A stretch of DNA of 44,648 bases from Candidatus Heimdallarchaeota archaeon (GTDB taxonomy: Archaea > Asgardarchaeota > Heimdallarchaeia > Heimdallarchaeales > Heimdallarchaeaceae), in contig DAOVET010000012.1 in NCBI GenBank assembly GCA_030668825.1, positions 1-44,648 on the forward strand, in the 5' to 3' direction. Shown here in pieces: positions 1-9,960 of this stretch. How positions within the stretch are numbered: position 1 is the first letter of the stretch; each line of letters begins with the position of its first letter. The position numbers and the translations under genes are program-made. Below the pieces are notes generated by a model. The model saw nothing but the letters and a program-made list of their open reading frames with translations, was not told the DNA's origin and ran no database searches.

Positions 1-1
1 A

Positions 2-547
2 GCTGTTGAAAACACTAAAAAACATCTTAATAGTAGCGATGTTGTTCTAGACTACGCTTGTGGGGCAGGAGTAATAACTGCACAAATTGCTGACTATGTG
101 AAAGAGATTCATGCTATTGATATCTCATCTAAAATGATTGATGTTGCACAAAGAATAGCAGACGAACGCAAAATTGAGAATATAAATTTCTCAAAAACAA
201 CCATATTTGATGATAGATATGAAAGGGAATCATTTAATGTGATTACAGCTTTTAACATTCTTCATTTATTAGAGGATTCATTAGAAGTTATACAGAGGAT
301 AAACAAATTACTTAAACCGGGAGGATTATTCATTTCTGAAACACCTTGTATGGGAGAGAAAAAATCGTTATTAGGTACTTTTCTTTCCTTACTAAGTAAG
401 CTGAGAATAGTCCCATACTTGAATCCTTTAAAATTCTCAGAATTAGAAGATTTGCTAAAAGAAGGAAATTTCCAAATAATTGAAACTGAAGATCTACAAA
501 AAAAACAAATGAATTATTTTATAGTAGCAAAAAAAATACAATTGTAA
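2..547 (+). CDS. Class I SAM-dependent methyltransferase (5' partial)
   Basis: Frame is open from position 2. Upstream of the listed start it reads VVLDYACGAG (SAM motif I), then AIDISSKMI, FNVITAFNILHLL and LLKPGG. Confidence 0.9.
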   Translation, partial: AVENTKKHLNSSDVVLDYACGAGVITAQIADYVKEIHAIDISSKMIDVAQRIADERKIENINFSKTTIFDDRYERESFNVITAFNILHLLEDSLEVIQRINKLLKPGGLFISETPCMGEKKSLLGTFLSLLSKLRIVPYLNPLKFSELEDLLKEGNFQIIETEDLQKKQMNYFIVAKKIQL

Positions 548-631
548 AATAAGGGATATGATAGAATAATCTATAATGTACGGGAATCTCTAGCCAAAAA
601 ATTATTAACTTTAAGATGACTATGATTCTTT

Positions 632-1630
632 ATGAAAATGAAAGCGATTGAATATGAAAAATACGGACCTCCTGATGTTCTTGAACTAATAGAAATAGAA
701 AAACCACAACCAGAAGACGATGAAGTCTTAATTAGAAACTATGGGTCGTCAATTAACACCGTAGATGTAATTGCTCGAAGTGGAAAGGCTCCAAAAGTAA
801 TTTTTTGGGGGGCTAGGAAGTTGATAGGACCGCTATTAAGACTATCCTTCGGTGGACTCAGAAAGCCAAAACAGAAAATTCCTGGTTTTGGTTTTGCAGG
901 TGAAATTGATTTTATTGGGAAAGAAGTAACAGATTGGAAAGTGGGAGACCATGTCTATGGATACTCAACAGGAGCTTGTTCTGAATATATGACCGTTCCT
1001 GCATCCAGATTGGCAAAAAAACCTGCGAATCTAAGCTTTCAAGAAGCAGCAGCGGTCCCTGGAGGTGCCTCACCTGCACTATTGGCGTTTAGAGATTTAG
1101 TACAACCTGAGAAAGGCCAGAAAGTCCTTGTTATTGGAGCTTCTGGAGGAGTCGGTACATTTGGAGTCCAGATCGCTAAACTATATGGAGCTGAGGTTAC
1201 TGGTGTTTGTGGACCCACTAATGTAGATATGGTAAAAGAGATTGGAGCAGATTTTGTAATAGACTATACAAAGGAAGATTATACAAAGAAAGATCAAACC
1301 TATGATATAATATTCGATTCCATTGGTGCTAATTCTCTTTCTAAATGTAAGAAAATTCTAACAGATGAGGGGTCATATGTTTCTAATAATTTCTTAAATA
1401 GCAGAAGACACATTTTTCAGGCAATGACTAATCGATTTAGGAGGAAGAAATTGAAATTCGGGGTGGCAAATGAGAGTGCAGATAATCTTGACTCACTTCG
1501 AGAATGGATTGAGAATGGAAAGATCAAACCTGTAATAGATACTGTGTATCCTCTAAGCAAAACTGCAGATGCTCATCGACATTATGAAACAGGTCATTCT
1601 AAAGGTCGAGTAGTGATTAGCATAGATTGA
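632..1630 (+). CDS. Zn-independent MDR-family NAD(P)-dependent oxidoreductase (quinone oxidoreductase-like)
   Basis: YGPPDVL start, GASGGVG nucleotide-binding motif, GHSKGRVVI end; no Zn-ligand cysteines. Confidence 0.9.
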   Translation: MKMKAIEYEKYGPPDVLELIEIEKPQPEDDEVLIRNYGSSINTVDVIARSGKAPKVIFWGARKLIGPLLRLSFGGLRKPKQKIPGFGFAGEIDFIGKEVTDWKVGDHVYGYSTGACSEYMTVPASRLAKKPANLSFQEAAAVPGGASPALLAFRDLVQPEKGQKVLVIGASGGVGTFGVQIAKLYGAEVTGVCGPTNVDMVKEIGADFVIDYTKEDYTKKDQTYDIIFDSIGANSLSKCKKILTDEGSYVSNNFLNSRRHIFQAMTNRFRRKKLKFGVANESADNLDSLREWIENGKIKPVIDTVYPLSKTADAHRHYETGHSKGRVVISID

Positions 1631-1734
1631 ATAAGTAAGGATCATGATCAATAGATCTATCAATTCTTTATCGATTTTTTCATTTACATCACACGTTGGA
1701 ACAAATGCCTGAGGTTCATATTCTCTATTTAGTT

Positions 1735-2265
1735 TTAAAAAGATGAATGGCATTGCTCTTGGATAGGGCAGGATGGACATTTTATCTTCAACAAATAAAT
1801 AACAAAACCCACCAGTGCAGCTATAAAGCCAATTAAAGCTATTAAAGCTAAATAAGAGAAATCCATAAAGAATGAAATGACAATTAGGATAATTGGCAAA
1901 AACCATATTATGGTCATTAGCCATGTCCAATGTTTTTGACCTACATGTTTATGTAAATGCGATTTACTCCACTGATCTACAGACAACAGCTTCTCAATAG
2001 TCTTCCCTTTCTCTTCATCTATTGTAGTTTCCTTAACTTTGAAATAACAGTATTTACAAATCGTAAATGGCATTAGCAAGAAGTAAAACAAAAGAGAATA
2101 TACTAAATACCCCACAGCAACCCATAAATTAAGATAATATATCCCCCAGGTGCCAAAAACTATTAGAGCTAAAATAATCAAAATAGGTATAGGTTTATAG
2201 AAGGGACACTTTGGGAATATTCCCAAAAAAAATAGCTTGGACTTCTGTTCTTCCACCATATTCAT
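1735..2265 (-). CDS. Hypothetical 4-TM membrane protein with Cys clusters
   Basis: Two hydrophobic hairpins followed by CKYC and CPSCPIQEQC respectively. Confidence 0.7.
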   Translation of the reverse strand: MNMVEEQKSKLFFLGIFPKCPFYKPIPILIILALIVFGTWGIYYLNLWVAVGYLVYSLLFYFLLMPFTICKYCYFKVKETTIDEEKGKTIEKLLSVDQWSKSHLHKHVGQKHWTWLMTIIWFLPIILIVISFFMDFSYLALIALIGFIAALVGFVIYLLKIKCPSCPIQEQCHSSF

Positions 2266-2409
2266 TCACTACCAGAATTAACTTAACTGGTTATTAAATT
2301 TACTTAGTTATTTTCTCTCAATAGTGGATACAACCACATTTTCTCTTAAGAGATACATTGTATTACTCTTTCTAGAAATAATATAGAACATATTCTTGAA
2401 TTAGTTATT

Positions 2410-3459
2410 TTATTCAAAATAATCTCGTATTTGATGGAGTTCAGTTTTACATGTCTCGCTAACCAGTTCTGCAAGATACAGACAATATTCATTTATTGAT
2501 TTGAAAAAATACTTGGATTGATTATTTTCATTTGTAATTCCCGGATTATTAATTATGCTATATAATCTTAGTAAGCTGAAAGAGTTAGCTAGTATCATAA
2601 AATAAGATAGATTTTCTACCTTTCTCCCAGAAATTTGTTCATAGGTATTTGTAATCATTTGAACTAACTTTTTTTTACTTCCAAAGATTTGCTCGTAAAG
2701 CGAAAATGCGCTAATAGTAACGGATGTAAATCCTAAATCTGTTCTAAAATCCCCAATAGCAATTCCTGACCAATCCAATATTCTAAAGTCCTGGTTATCT
2801 TGAACGATTACATTTGATTGGTGATAATCTCCATGAATAATAACCAATTCATTGCAAGGATTACTTGTTTTATTATTTTCTAACCATTCAAAAACTGGTT
2901 TTAATTCATGTAGTTCTTTTGGAAACTTCTCAATCAGAGATTTTCTTCTTGTTAATATTTGGTCTATTGGTGCAAAAGGATTCTTTTGAATATCCGGTGA
3001 ATGAATTTGAGTTAACAATCTTGGATCAATTCTGTGAATTTTATCTAATTCTTGCAACAACCTTCTGATAAATTGTGTAAACTTCTTTGGATTCCCATCT
3101 AGTAAATAGTCAAGTCTTGTACCTTCAATTTTCTCCATAACAAAATATGGTCTCTTACGCGTGTTGGGAGTTAGTTTCATAAGATAAGGTTTTGGGACGC
3201 TAATGTTGTTATCGAATAATGTTTTTTGAACACTGAACTCATATTCAGCTATTGTATTTGATTCATTAGGTCTGAAAATTCTCTGAATATATTTTCTTAA
3301 ATGGTTATGAAAGCTTATTTCGTAAATTGTTGTATCTGCTCCTCCTTGTAATTCTTCATAGTGTTTTAATTTCAGATTATTTGGTATGATTTTGATTTTA
3401 ACTAACTCTTCTTGTACTTCCAGAGCATGTTTGTTCTTCTGCAGATTATCTGAATTCAC
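2410..3459 (-). CDS. Aminoglycoside-phosphotransferase/choline-kinase-like phosphotransferase
   Basis: VPKPY, FVMEKIEG, IIHGDYHQSNV and ILDWS motifs. The ORF runs to 3546, but GTG at 3459 with a TATA-like element ~25 nt upstream is the more likely start. Confidence 0.85.
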   Translation of the reverse strand: MNSDNLQKNKHALEVQEELVKIKIIPNNLKLKHYEELQGGADTTIYEISFHNHLRKYIQRIFRPNESNTIAEYEFSVQKTLFDNNISVPKPYLMKLTPNTRKRPYFVMEKIEGTRLDYLLDGNPKKFTQFIRRLLQELDKIHRIDPRLLTQIHSPDIQKNPFAPIDQILTRRKSLIEKFPKELHELKPVFEWLENNKTSNPCNELVIIHGDYHQSNVIVQDNQDFRILDWSGIAIGDFRTDLGFTSVTISAFSLYEQIFGSKKKLVQMITNTYEQISGRKVENLSYFMILANSFSLLRLYSIINNPGITNENNQSKYFFKSINEYCLYLAELVSETCKTELHQIRDYFE

Positions 3460-3510
3460 ACTATATGCGTGTTTAATAACATTAAATAACTTTCTCTCAA
3501 AATATGTAAC

Positions 3511-3540
3511 ACCTTCCAAGAAGGGAATTATTTCCAAGAT
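3511..3540. repeat. ~30 bp degenerate direct repeat, copy 1 (copy 2 at 4536-4566)
   Basis: accttccaagaagggaattatttccaagat versus accttccaataagggtattatttctaaagat. Confidence 0.6.
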
Positions 3541-3593
3541 TATCAAAAGCTTCTATATTCCCTCTTGATATGTTCTTAATCGTTGCAAAAATG

Positions 3594-3601
3594 TTTAAAT
3601 A
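3594..3601 (+). promoter_or_regulatory. Archaeal TATA box
   Basis: TTTAAATA preceded by an A-rich BRE-like run, 28 nt before ATG 3630. Confidence 0.55.
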
Positions 3602-3629
3602 CTTTCTTTAGAATCTTCACTTTGATAAA

Positions 3630-4511
3630 ATGATGCACAAAAACAAAATAAAAAAAATAACTCTTCTATTGTGTCTAACTTATGTTTTAAGTTTCAACTC
3701 ACAAATTTCTAACATTAATGTTTATGGCAGTTTTTTTGGAAGATCGGGGGATTTTTTTAATTTCAATAAAGAATTAGCAAATGGTTCTGTTTTTGAATGG
3801 AAAATACAGAATGTAGAAAAATCAGGTTCTTATGAGGAAATTCAGCTAAATAATAATGATGTTTTGACAGTTGAGTTAGGTAGTATAGATGAGTCCATTA
3901 TAGGTGCAGATTATGAATTACTAACATTCCTGGTATACTTAAATTTTAGTTATGGAATTTTACTAAATGGGAAGTCACTTTGGGAGAACCAGACTCAACA
4001 TCTAGATTCGTATCTATATTGTGGGAGAATGTATAGTCCAATGTTTTATCAATATGCGTTTGGTCTTAGTAATCCTATTTCTTTGAATATTTATGAACCT
4101 ATTTACTTTTATCCGCTTGAGTACATCAATGGTTCAGAGACCATTTCCTATTTTGATAAGTTCTATGACACACTCCACGACATAGCTCCACAAAATGTAA
4201 TTAGAAGCGAGAATGGTAAATATATTGAAATAGTCAGACTTGAACATGTTATAAAACAAGATTATGAGACTACAGAAGAAAATAAATTATCAATAAACAC
4301 TGAAATAGGAATAATGGCATTCTACAGATATTCTTATGAATATTTAGATAAGTTAAACAGCTCAAATTCAGAATATTTTTCCTATGAGATTTTTTCAAAA
4401 GATTATGGTCCCAAAGAATATAGAACTATCCCTGTAGATATTGGACCTATTATATTATCTTTAGGTAGTCTTGCATGTATAACCTATTTCTTTAAAAAGA
4501 AGAAGAAATAA
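3630..4511 (+). CDS. Hypothetical exported protein with C-terminal TM anchor and poly-Lys tail
   Basis: Basic plus hydrophobic N-terminal signal peptide, several N-x-S/T sequons, and C-terminus IILSLGSLACITYFFKKKKK. Confidence 0.75.
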   Translation: MMHKNKIKKITLLLCLTYVLSFNSQISNINVYGSFFGRSGDFFNFNKELANGSVFEWKIQNVEKSGSYEEIQLNNNDVLTVELGSIDESIIGADYELLTFLVYLNFSYGILLNGKSLWENQTQHLDSYLYCGRMYSPMFYQYAFGLSNPISLNIYEPIYFYPLEYINGSETISYFDKFYDTLHDIAPQNVIRSENGKYIEIVRLEHVIKQDYETTEENKLSINTEIGIMAFYRYSYEYLDKLNSSNSEYFSYEIFSKDYGPKEYRTIPVDIGPIILSLGSLACITYFFKKKKK

Positions 4512-4524
4512 TCCCCCTCTTCAT

Positions 4525-4667
4525 TCTTTCTGAAGACCTTCCAATAAGGGTATTATTTCTAAAGATTTGAAACTAACTTCCCTAACGAGAAGGATGACAA
4601 AACTAATAGTTAGGAGTATACGAAAAGGAAGGTCTTTCCAATAAGATACCCATCAATTTCAGAAAGA
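4525..4667. repeat. Intergenic element with nested inverted repeats (MITE-like or structured RNA)
   Basis: IR tctttctgaa 4525-4534 / ttcagaaaga 4658-4667; IR aagaccttcc 4533-4542 / ggaaggtctt 4627-4636; direct repeat ttccaataag at 4539 and 4636. Confidence 0.45.
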
Positions 4668-4701
4668 TATATAATCGAAGTTTGCGTTATTATTATGGAA
4701 A

Positions 4702-5697
4702 ATGAAATCGGATAAAAAGAGAGTAAAGAAACTAGTATATGTTCTTCTTATCATATCAGTACTTCTAGTATCTGTTATCTTGATCGATAGAGTATTACCA
4801 TTTATTTTCGTTACTAGATTGAGAAATACTATTGAAATTACAAGTGATGGAGATTTTGTAAAATATGATTTTCCAGGAAATGGTTCCAAGGATAATCCCA
4901 TAGTTATTGCTGATTTGGAAATTGGAACAAAAAATAGGCGTATTCGGAAAGCTTATCAGTTAATTGAAATTTCAAACACGAGCTATCATGTAATTATCGA
5001 AAACTGTTGCCTTATAGGAGGTGCAACAGCGATATCAGTAGGGAGTTTAAGAGGAGGATCAATAACAATTAGAAATAATTCATTCATCGGTGTAGAACAT
5101 TATACAGGACCAGGATGTGAGGGGTATTTTACTACACTCTTTTTTGAGATATGGATTGCTAGTAATATCAATGTTGCAAATAATACTTTTGAAGGGAGGT
5201 CTTGGGGCATGATTTTTGCAGAAGTGTATAACTCATCCTTTTCAGATAATACTGTATCAACTGAACATAGAAACATAGGTTTAGAAATCCATAAATGTCG
5301 AAATCTAATTATAGAAAAGAATCTAGTAGAAGGTATTGGAATCTCTGATTCAGACTATTTGAATATCACTGACAATGTGATATCTGGTAATCGACCTGGT
5401 TTATTGATTGGTAAAGGATATTATATATTTGTAGCTAGAAATACCTTCTTGAATTGCACAAATTATGCAATTAAGCTTTATTCTGAATCGATGTTTGTAG
5501 AAATTTTCCACAATTCATTTTTAGATAACAACATAGATGGTGTATCCCAAGCATTTGATTCTGGGATTAGTAACATATGGTTTAGTTCGTTATATCTAGA
5601 AGGTAACTTTTGGTCTGACTTAGGTGGTAATTTAAATTACACCATCGATGGGTCAGCTGGTTCGATAGATCTTTACCCTCTTTCTTCTCCAAAGTAA
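4702..5697 (+). CDS. Membrane-anchored right-handed parallel beta-helix (NosD/pectin-lyase-like) protein
   Basis: N-terminal TM helix, FPGNGSKDNP cap, repeated I-x-N-N-x-F units, C-terminal GNFWSD...IDG...DLYPL. Confidence 0.85.
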   Translation: MKSDKKRVKKLVYVLLIISVLLVSVILIDRVLPFIFVTRLRNTIEITSDGDFVKYDFPGNGSKDNPIVIADLEIGTKNRRIRKAYQLIEISNTSYHVIIENCCLIGGATAISVGSLRGGSITIRNNSFIGVEHYTGPGCEGYFTTLFFEIWIASNINVANNTFEGRSWGMIFAEVYNSSFSDNTVSTEHRNIGLEIHKCRNLIIEKNLVEGIGISDSDYLNITDNVISGNRPGLLIGKGYYIFVARNTFLNCTNYAIKLYSESMFVEIFHNSFLDNNIDGVSQAFDSGISNIWFSSLYLEGNFWSDLGGNLNYTIDGSAGSIDLYPLSSPK

Positions 5698-5717
5698 ATG
5701 ATATTTTGAAACTAATT

Positions 5718-6194
5718 CTATTCCCACTTTATACTTTTCATTCCAAGACTTCGTAAAGTCTTTGAAAGTTCTCCTACATGAACCATAGCATGTCTAATGA
5801 CATAAGAGAATTTATGTAATCTTGAAGCAAAACCTCTTTTTGAAAATCCATCTTTCTCCAACAAATCTTTATCATTTAATTTACCAAGAACTTCAAATGT
5901 TTTTGACTCAACTTTTAGAAGGTAATTCTCAAAAAATTGTCTATCTTTCTTTTTCAAAGTCTCTGTTTCTTTTTCCTCAGAATTAGCAGAAACTTCACTT
6001 AAGTGTACCCACTCCTCTGGTGAATCAGACATATAGTACTCTATTGCCTCTATGGCATGAAAAAGAGTATATCCATACATCCATTTATTTTCACTCTTTT
6101 TCCAGAAATCCCCTTCAATTCTAGAAGTAGCATCTTTAAGCATTTTAAATACTGCTTGTATTTCTATATTGATTGCTTTAGTTATAGATTTCAT
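5718..6194 (-). CDS. DinB/YfiT-like four-helix bundle protein
   Basis: His triad pattern: FHAIE and RHAMVHVGEL; 158 aa, helical. Confidence 0.75.
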   Translation of the reverse strand: MKSITKAINIEIQAVFKMLKDATSRIEGDFWKKSENKWMYGYTLFHAIEAIEYYMSDSPEEWVHLSEVSANSEEKETETLKKKDRQFFENYLLKVESKTFEVLGKLNDKDLLEKDGFSKRGFASRLHKFSYVIRHAMVHVGELSKTLRSLGMKSIKWE

Positions 6195-6275
6195 AAGAAT
6201 TTATTCGAGTAAAATTCATAAATCTTTTGGGAAGCCATCAAATCCTACTAATTAACTAAAATATTGTAAAATATT
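6138..6275. repeat. ~140 bp direct repeat, copy 1 (5' end and upstream region of the DinB-like gene)
   Basis: Aligns with 6892-7030 and shares an exact 30-bp block, atttctatattgattgctttagttatagat. Confidence 0.9.
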
Positions 6276-6368
6276 TTCGTATTTATATACTCAAGTAATT
6301 GTATTTGCATACCTAAATAAAAGCTTGGATAAAAAAGTTTTTTTAACGAAACTATAATCTCGATTAGC

Positions 6369-6809
6369 ATGACTTCTAAACAACTGTCAAATTTAGAGGA
6401 ATCTGAAAGAATAAGATTAGAACGAGACACGCTTAAGAATGAGCTTTATGTTCTAACAAAAAATTACAAGCTATTAGAACAAACACTTGAAATTTTGAAA
6501 AAGGATTCAGATACTAAACGCAACGTGGATGAAATACTTCTAGTAGCCCAAAGGAAAAATTTGCAAGATCTTGAGACAAAACTACTTTCTTTGAAAAATA
6601 GAGTTTCGAACTTGAGTTTGCAACTCCCTCACATAATCCTGACAGTTTGGAAGCTACTCTCAGAAAAATCTAATGAAAGTTTGGATAAAAGAGTTTTTGC
6701 TAATAACAAAGAAAAAGCTGTAGAGTATATTGTTGAACGGTTCCACACAACTATACTTGATGCTGAAAGAATCTATTGTCTTATACATGAATGGAGTTTT
6801 CACTTTTGA
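6369..6809 (+). CDS. Hypothetical coiled-coil protein
   Basis: 146 aa ORF with a heptad Leu pattern over the first ~85 aa; lies between two direct repeats. Confidence 0.6.
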   Translation: MTSKQLSNLEESERIRLERDTLKNELYVLTKNYKLLEQTLEILKKDSDTKRNVDEILLVAQRKNLQDLETKLLSLKNRVSNLSLQLPHIILTVWKLLSEKSNESLDKRVFANNKEKAVEYIVERFHTTILDAERIYCLIHEWSFHF

Positions 6810-6891
6810 ACTGTTCAGATACTATAAACAATTGGCTCTTGGAAAAAAGAAACCTGAACCCAAGAAAAAACCTAGTCCTTAGATCCTGGAG

Positions 6892-7030
6892 AAGCATTTT
6901 AAACACTTTTGCATTTCTATATTGATTGCTTTAGTTATAGATGTCGTAAGAATCTATTTGAGCAAAATCTATAAATTTTTTGGGAAACCATCAAATCCTA
7001 CGAAATCAGCCAAAATATTGTGAAACATAT
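6892..7030. repeat. ~140 bp direct repeat, copy 2 (decayed 5' fragment of the DinB-like gene)
   Basis: Copy of 6138-6275. The minus-strand ATG (cttATGaaatc) has become ACG (cttACGacatc). Confidence 0.9.
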
Positions 7031-7070
7031 TTATACAATAAACAAAGATAACTTCAAAGGATGTTAGTTT

Positions 7071-8366
7071 ATGAAAAGTGCTCGATCTAGATGGGAATCT
7101 TTAAACATAATCCGTAAAGAAAAGTTTGAAAAAGTTTTACCAATTGCTATGAGAGAAAATAATATTGACATGTGGATTCATGTAATGAGAGAAGGAAATC
7201 CTGATCCTCTTAACATTGACCTAGGAGGAGATAATGGATACTTCATTTTCACTGATCTAGGAAAAGATAGAATCGAGCGAGCAGTATTAGGTGGATATGA
7301 GGGGGACCTTCAACCATTAGAAGTGTATGATATTTTTAAACATGAAGATGAATTGCAAGAGTTTGTTTCTGTAAGAAATCCTCAACACATAGCAGTTAAT
7401 ATGTCAGATTGGATTGCAGTTGCTGACGGGCTTTCACATTCAGAATATCAAAAACTAACTTCAGCTTTGGGTGAAAAGTTTTCGAAAAGAATCGTTTCAG
7501 CTGAAATGGTTATTACTGATTTCAGAACTAGAAGAGTTCCAATTGAAATTGAAGTTTACTCAGAATTATGCGAAATTACTAGACAACTTCTGGAAAGAGC
7601 TCTATCTGATGAAGTTATAAAACCAGGTGAAACATCATTGGAAGATGTAGGGTGGTGGATGGAAGATCAACTCATAGCTCTTGGAATGAGTTCTACTTTT
7701 GATCTCGCTACTCCAATGATAATAAATTCAGAGAAATCAGATAAGTCAGAATATAAATCAAGTAAGTATGTTATCCAACGTGGAGATCTTATGCAATATG
7801 ACTACGGAATCAGTCATATGAACTTTGGAACAGATTTCAAACGTGTTGCTTATGTATTAAAAGAAGGAGAAACTTCTGTCCCTTCAGGTATTCAATTTGG
7901 ATGGGACAGAGCATTAGAAGCTCGAGAAGTTATTAAATCCACTATTAAAGTAAGTCAGACAGCAGGTGAAACTTTAAAGAAGATTGGACAGGCTCTTGAA
8001 GACGCAGGTTTTGAGTATATCCACTTAATAGTTGATCCAATGTTAGGAGGAGGACCTAGTCTAGACCCCAAAGAAAATCAAGAATATCCGGGTAAAACAG
8101 AGGTTTCAATAGATTGCCATTGTGTGGGAAATACTGGAAATAGTGAGGTGGCATCAGGTCCCTCAATTGCTGGTTTCAGACCAGATCGAGCTCATTTAGT
8201 TATCAAAGAAAATAATCTTTTTGCCTTCGAATTCATAACTTACACCCCCAATCCTGATTGGAACGGAAAAAAAGTACGTTTCAACATAGAAGATGATGCA
8301 ATTGTCACAGAGAAAGGAGTTGAATGGTTGTATCCTCCAAATGAAAGAATACTGTTAATTAAATAG
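7071..8366 (+). CDS. M24-family metallopeptidase (Xaa-Pro aminopeptidase-like)
   Basis: Metal ligands in order: YDYG, GTDF, CHCVG, FEF, IEDD. Confidence 0.85.
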   Translation: MKSARSRWESLNIIRKEKFEKVLPIAMRENNIDMWIHVMREGNPDPLNIDLGGDNGYFIFTDLGKDRIERAVLGGYEGDLQPLEVYDIFKHEDELQEFVSVRNPQHIAVNMSDWIAVADGLSHSEYQKLTSALGEKFSKRIVSAEMVITDFRTRRVPIEIEVYSELCEITRQLLERALSDEVIKPGETSLEDVGWWMEDQLIALGMSSTFDLATPMIINSEKSDKSEYKSSKYVIQRGDLMQYDYGISHMNFGTDFKRVAYVLKEGETSVPSGIQFGWDRALEAREVIKSTIKVSQTAGETLKKIGQALEDAGFEYIHLIVDPMLGGGPSLDPKENQEYPGKTEVSIDCHCVGNTGNSEVASGPSIAGFRPDRAHLVIKENNLFAFEFITYTPNPDWNGKKVRFNIEDDAIVTEKGVEWLYPPNERILLIK

Positions 8367-8495
8367 ATCGGTAGTTTAAGTCATCCTTTCCTTTGAATAT
8401 GTTAGGCTATTTCGATATGTTTTATAACTCTCTCTTGAACAAAGAGAAATAATAAAGATATAAAAACAAATATTTCAAAAATACTGTTCTGGAGA

Positions 8496-9950
8496 TTGAA
8501 GATGTTAGCTAGTCAAATAATCATTTCGCTTTGTTTTGTAGCAGTAATTATTCTATTGTTTACTAACAAGCTAAATAGAGCTATCGCATCTTTAACAGCT
8601 GCAGTAATAACTTATTTTGTTTTGGTTTTTTTAGAAGGAAAAGAATTTCATGTAATCGTCGATCTCTTGTTTGGAACACCCTTAGATAAATTCGTCAATC
8701 TTCATGCCTTAATTCTGATTTTGGGTATGATGTTTATAGTACAGATATCTGATGAAGCAGGTCTTTTCCAGTTCTTAGGAGTTTTAGCTATAAAACTATC
8801 TAAAGGAAAACCGATTGCACTAATGGCAATTTTAGCCACTATATCAGTAATATTCTCTGCACTAATCAATAATATACTTACAGTAATGATACTCATTCCA
8901 CTAACGATTACAATATCACGTATGCTGAATATAGATCCTACTCCGTACATAATCATAGAAGCTATAATGGTCAACATTGGAGGAACATTCTTCTCAATTT
9001 CATCGATTCCAAACATTTTAATTGTAACAGCTTCAGGTATCAGCTTCAATCAATTCTTTATCAATGTTGGATTATTCTCACTATTGATGGCAGTAATCAC
9101 AATTGGATTCTTCATTTTTCTATATAGACAAGAACTTCGAGAACCTAGAAAAAGGATGGTAGACACACTCGAAGAATTCAATGTCTGGAACTTTGTCCCT
9201 AATAGAAGACTGCTCTATGCATCCATGAGCTCATTAGTACTTCTAATAGTGTTATTGGTGAGTGTAAATTCAGATAAGCTAACGCCTGATATAATAGCAC
9301 TATCCATAGCAATGATTCTTACGATTTTCAGTACATTTAATGGATTGAAACCTAAGGAAATAATGAAGAAAATCGATATTGAATTGATACTGTACTTATT
9401 AGGTATCTTTGTTATAGCAGGTGGTTTGGAAGTAGTTGGAGTTATCGATGTGATTGGAAATGCTTTAAGCGGTTTAGGAAGCAGTAATCCTGTATTTCAG
9501 TTTATTCTGATAATTTGGATCGGAGCATTTCTAAGTGCACTTATTGATAACATCCCTATAACAAAAGTACTGATACCTGTGGTCACCAAGATGTCTACTG
9601 GAAGCAATTACTACTACTATGCACTCGCTTTTGGAGCCAACTGGGGGGACAATTTAACTCCTTTAGGAGACAATGTTCTAGTTTTTAATCTTGCTGAACA
9701 ACACAATCGTCCAATCAAAATCAAAACATTTTGGAAATTAGGTTTTGCTACTACAATCATTCAATTGACTCTTGTATCTATCTACTTCACCTTCTTCTCC
9801 ACCCAAACCTATCTTATAGGTTTAATTCCACTAATCTTCATAATTGCATCACTTGGAATAGTTTTTATATTTTCAAAGTATGGTAATGACAAGACTAAAT
9901 CATACTTGAATAGATGGGTAAACAAATTCAGATCATTAATAATTTCATAA
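8496..9950 (+). CDS. ArsB/NhaD/SLC13 (P-protein-like) ion transporter
   Basis: About 12-13 TM helices; SALINN and SALIDNIP hairpin motifs; NIGG..SISSIPN. Confidence 0.85.
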   Translation: MKMLASQIIISLCFVAVIILLFTNKLNRAIASLTAAVITYFVLVFLEGKEFHVIVDLLFGTPLDKFVNLHALILILGMMFIVQISDEAGLFQFLGVLAIKLSKGKPIALMAILATISVIFSALINNILTVMILIPLTITISRMLNIDPTPYIIIEAIMVNIGGTFFSISSIPNILIVTASGISFNQFFINVGLFSLLMAVITIGFFIFLYRQELREPRKRMVDTLEEFNVWNFVPNRRLLYASMSSLVLLIVLLVSVNSDKLTPDIIALSIAMILTIFSTFNGLKPKEIMKKIDIELILYLLGIFVIAGGLEVVGVIDVIGNALSGLGSSNPVFQFILIIWIGAFLSALIDNIPITKVLIPVVTKMSTGSNYYYYALAFGANWGDNLTPLGDNVLVFNLAEQHNRPIKIKTFWKLGFATTIIQLTLVSIYFTFFSTQTYLIGLIPLIFIIASLGIVFIFSKYGNDKTKSYLNRWVNKFRSLIIS

Positions 9951-9960
9951 TGGGATAAAA

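Noticed and set aside
3460-3546. N-terminal extension of the phosphotransferase ORF
   Set aside because: It runs through a TATA-like element and an intergenic repeat; the downstream GTG is more plausible.
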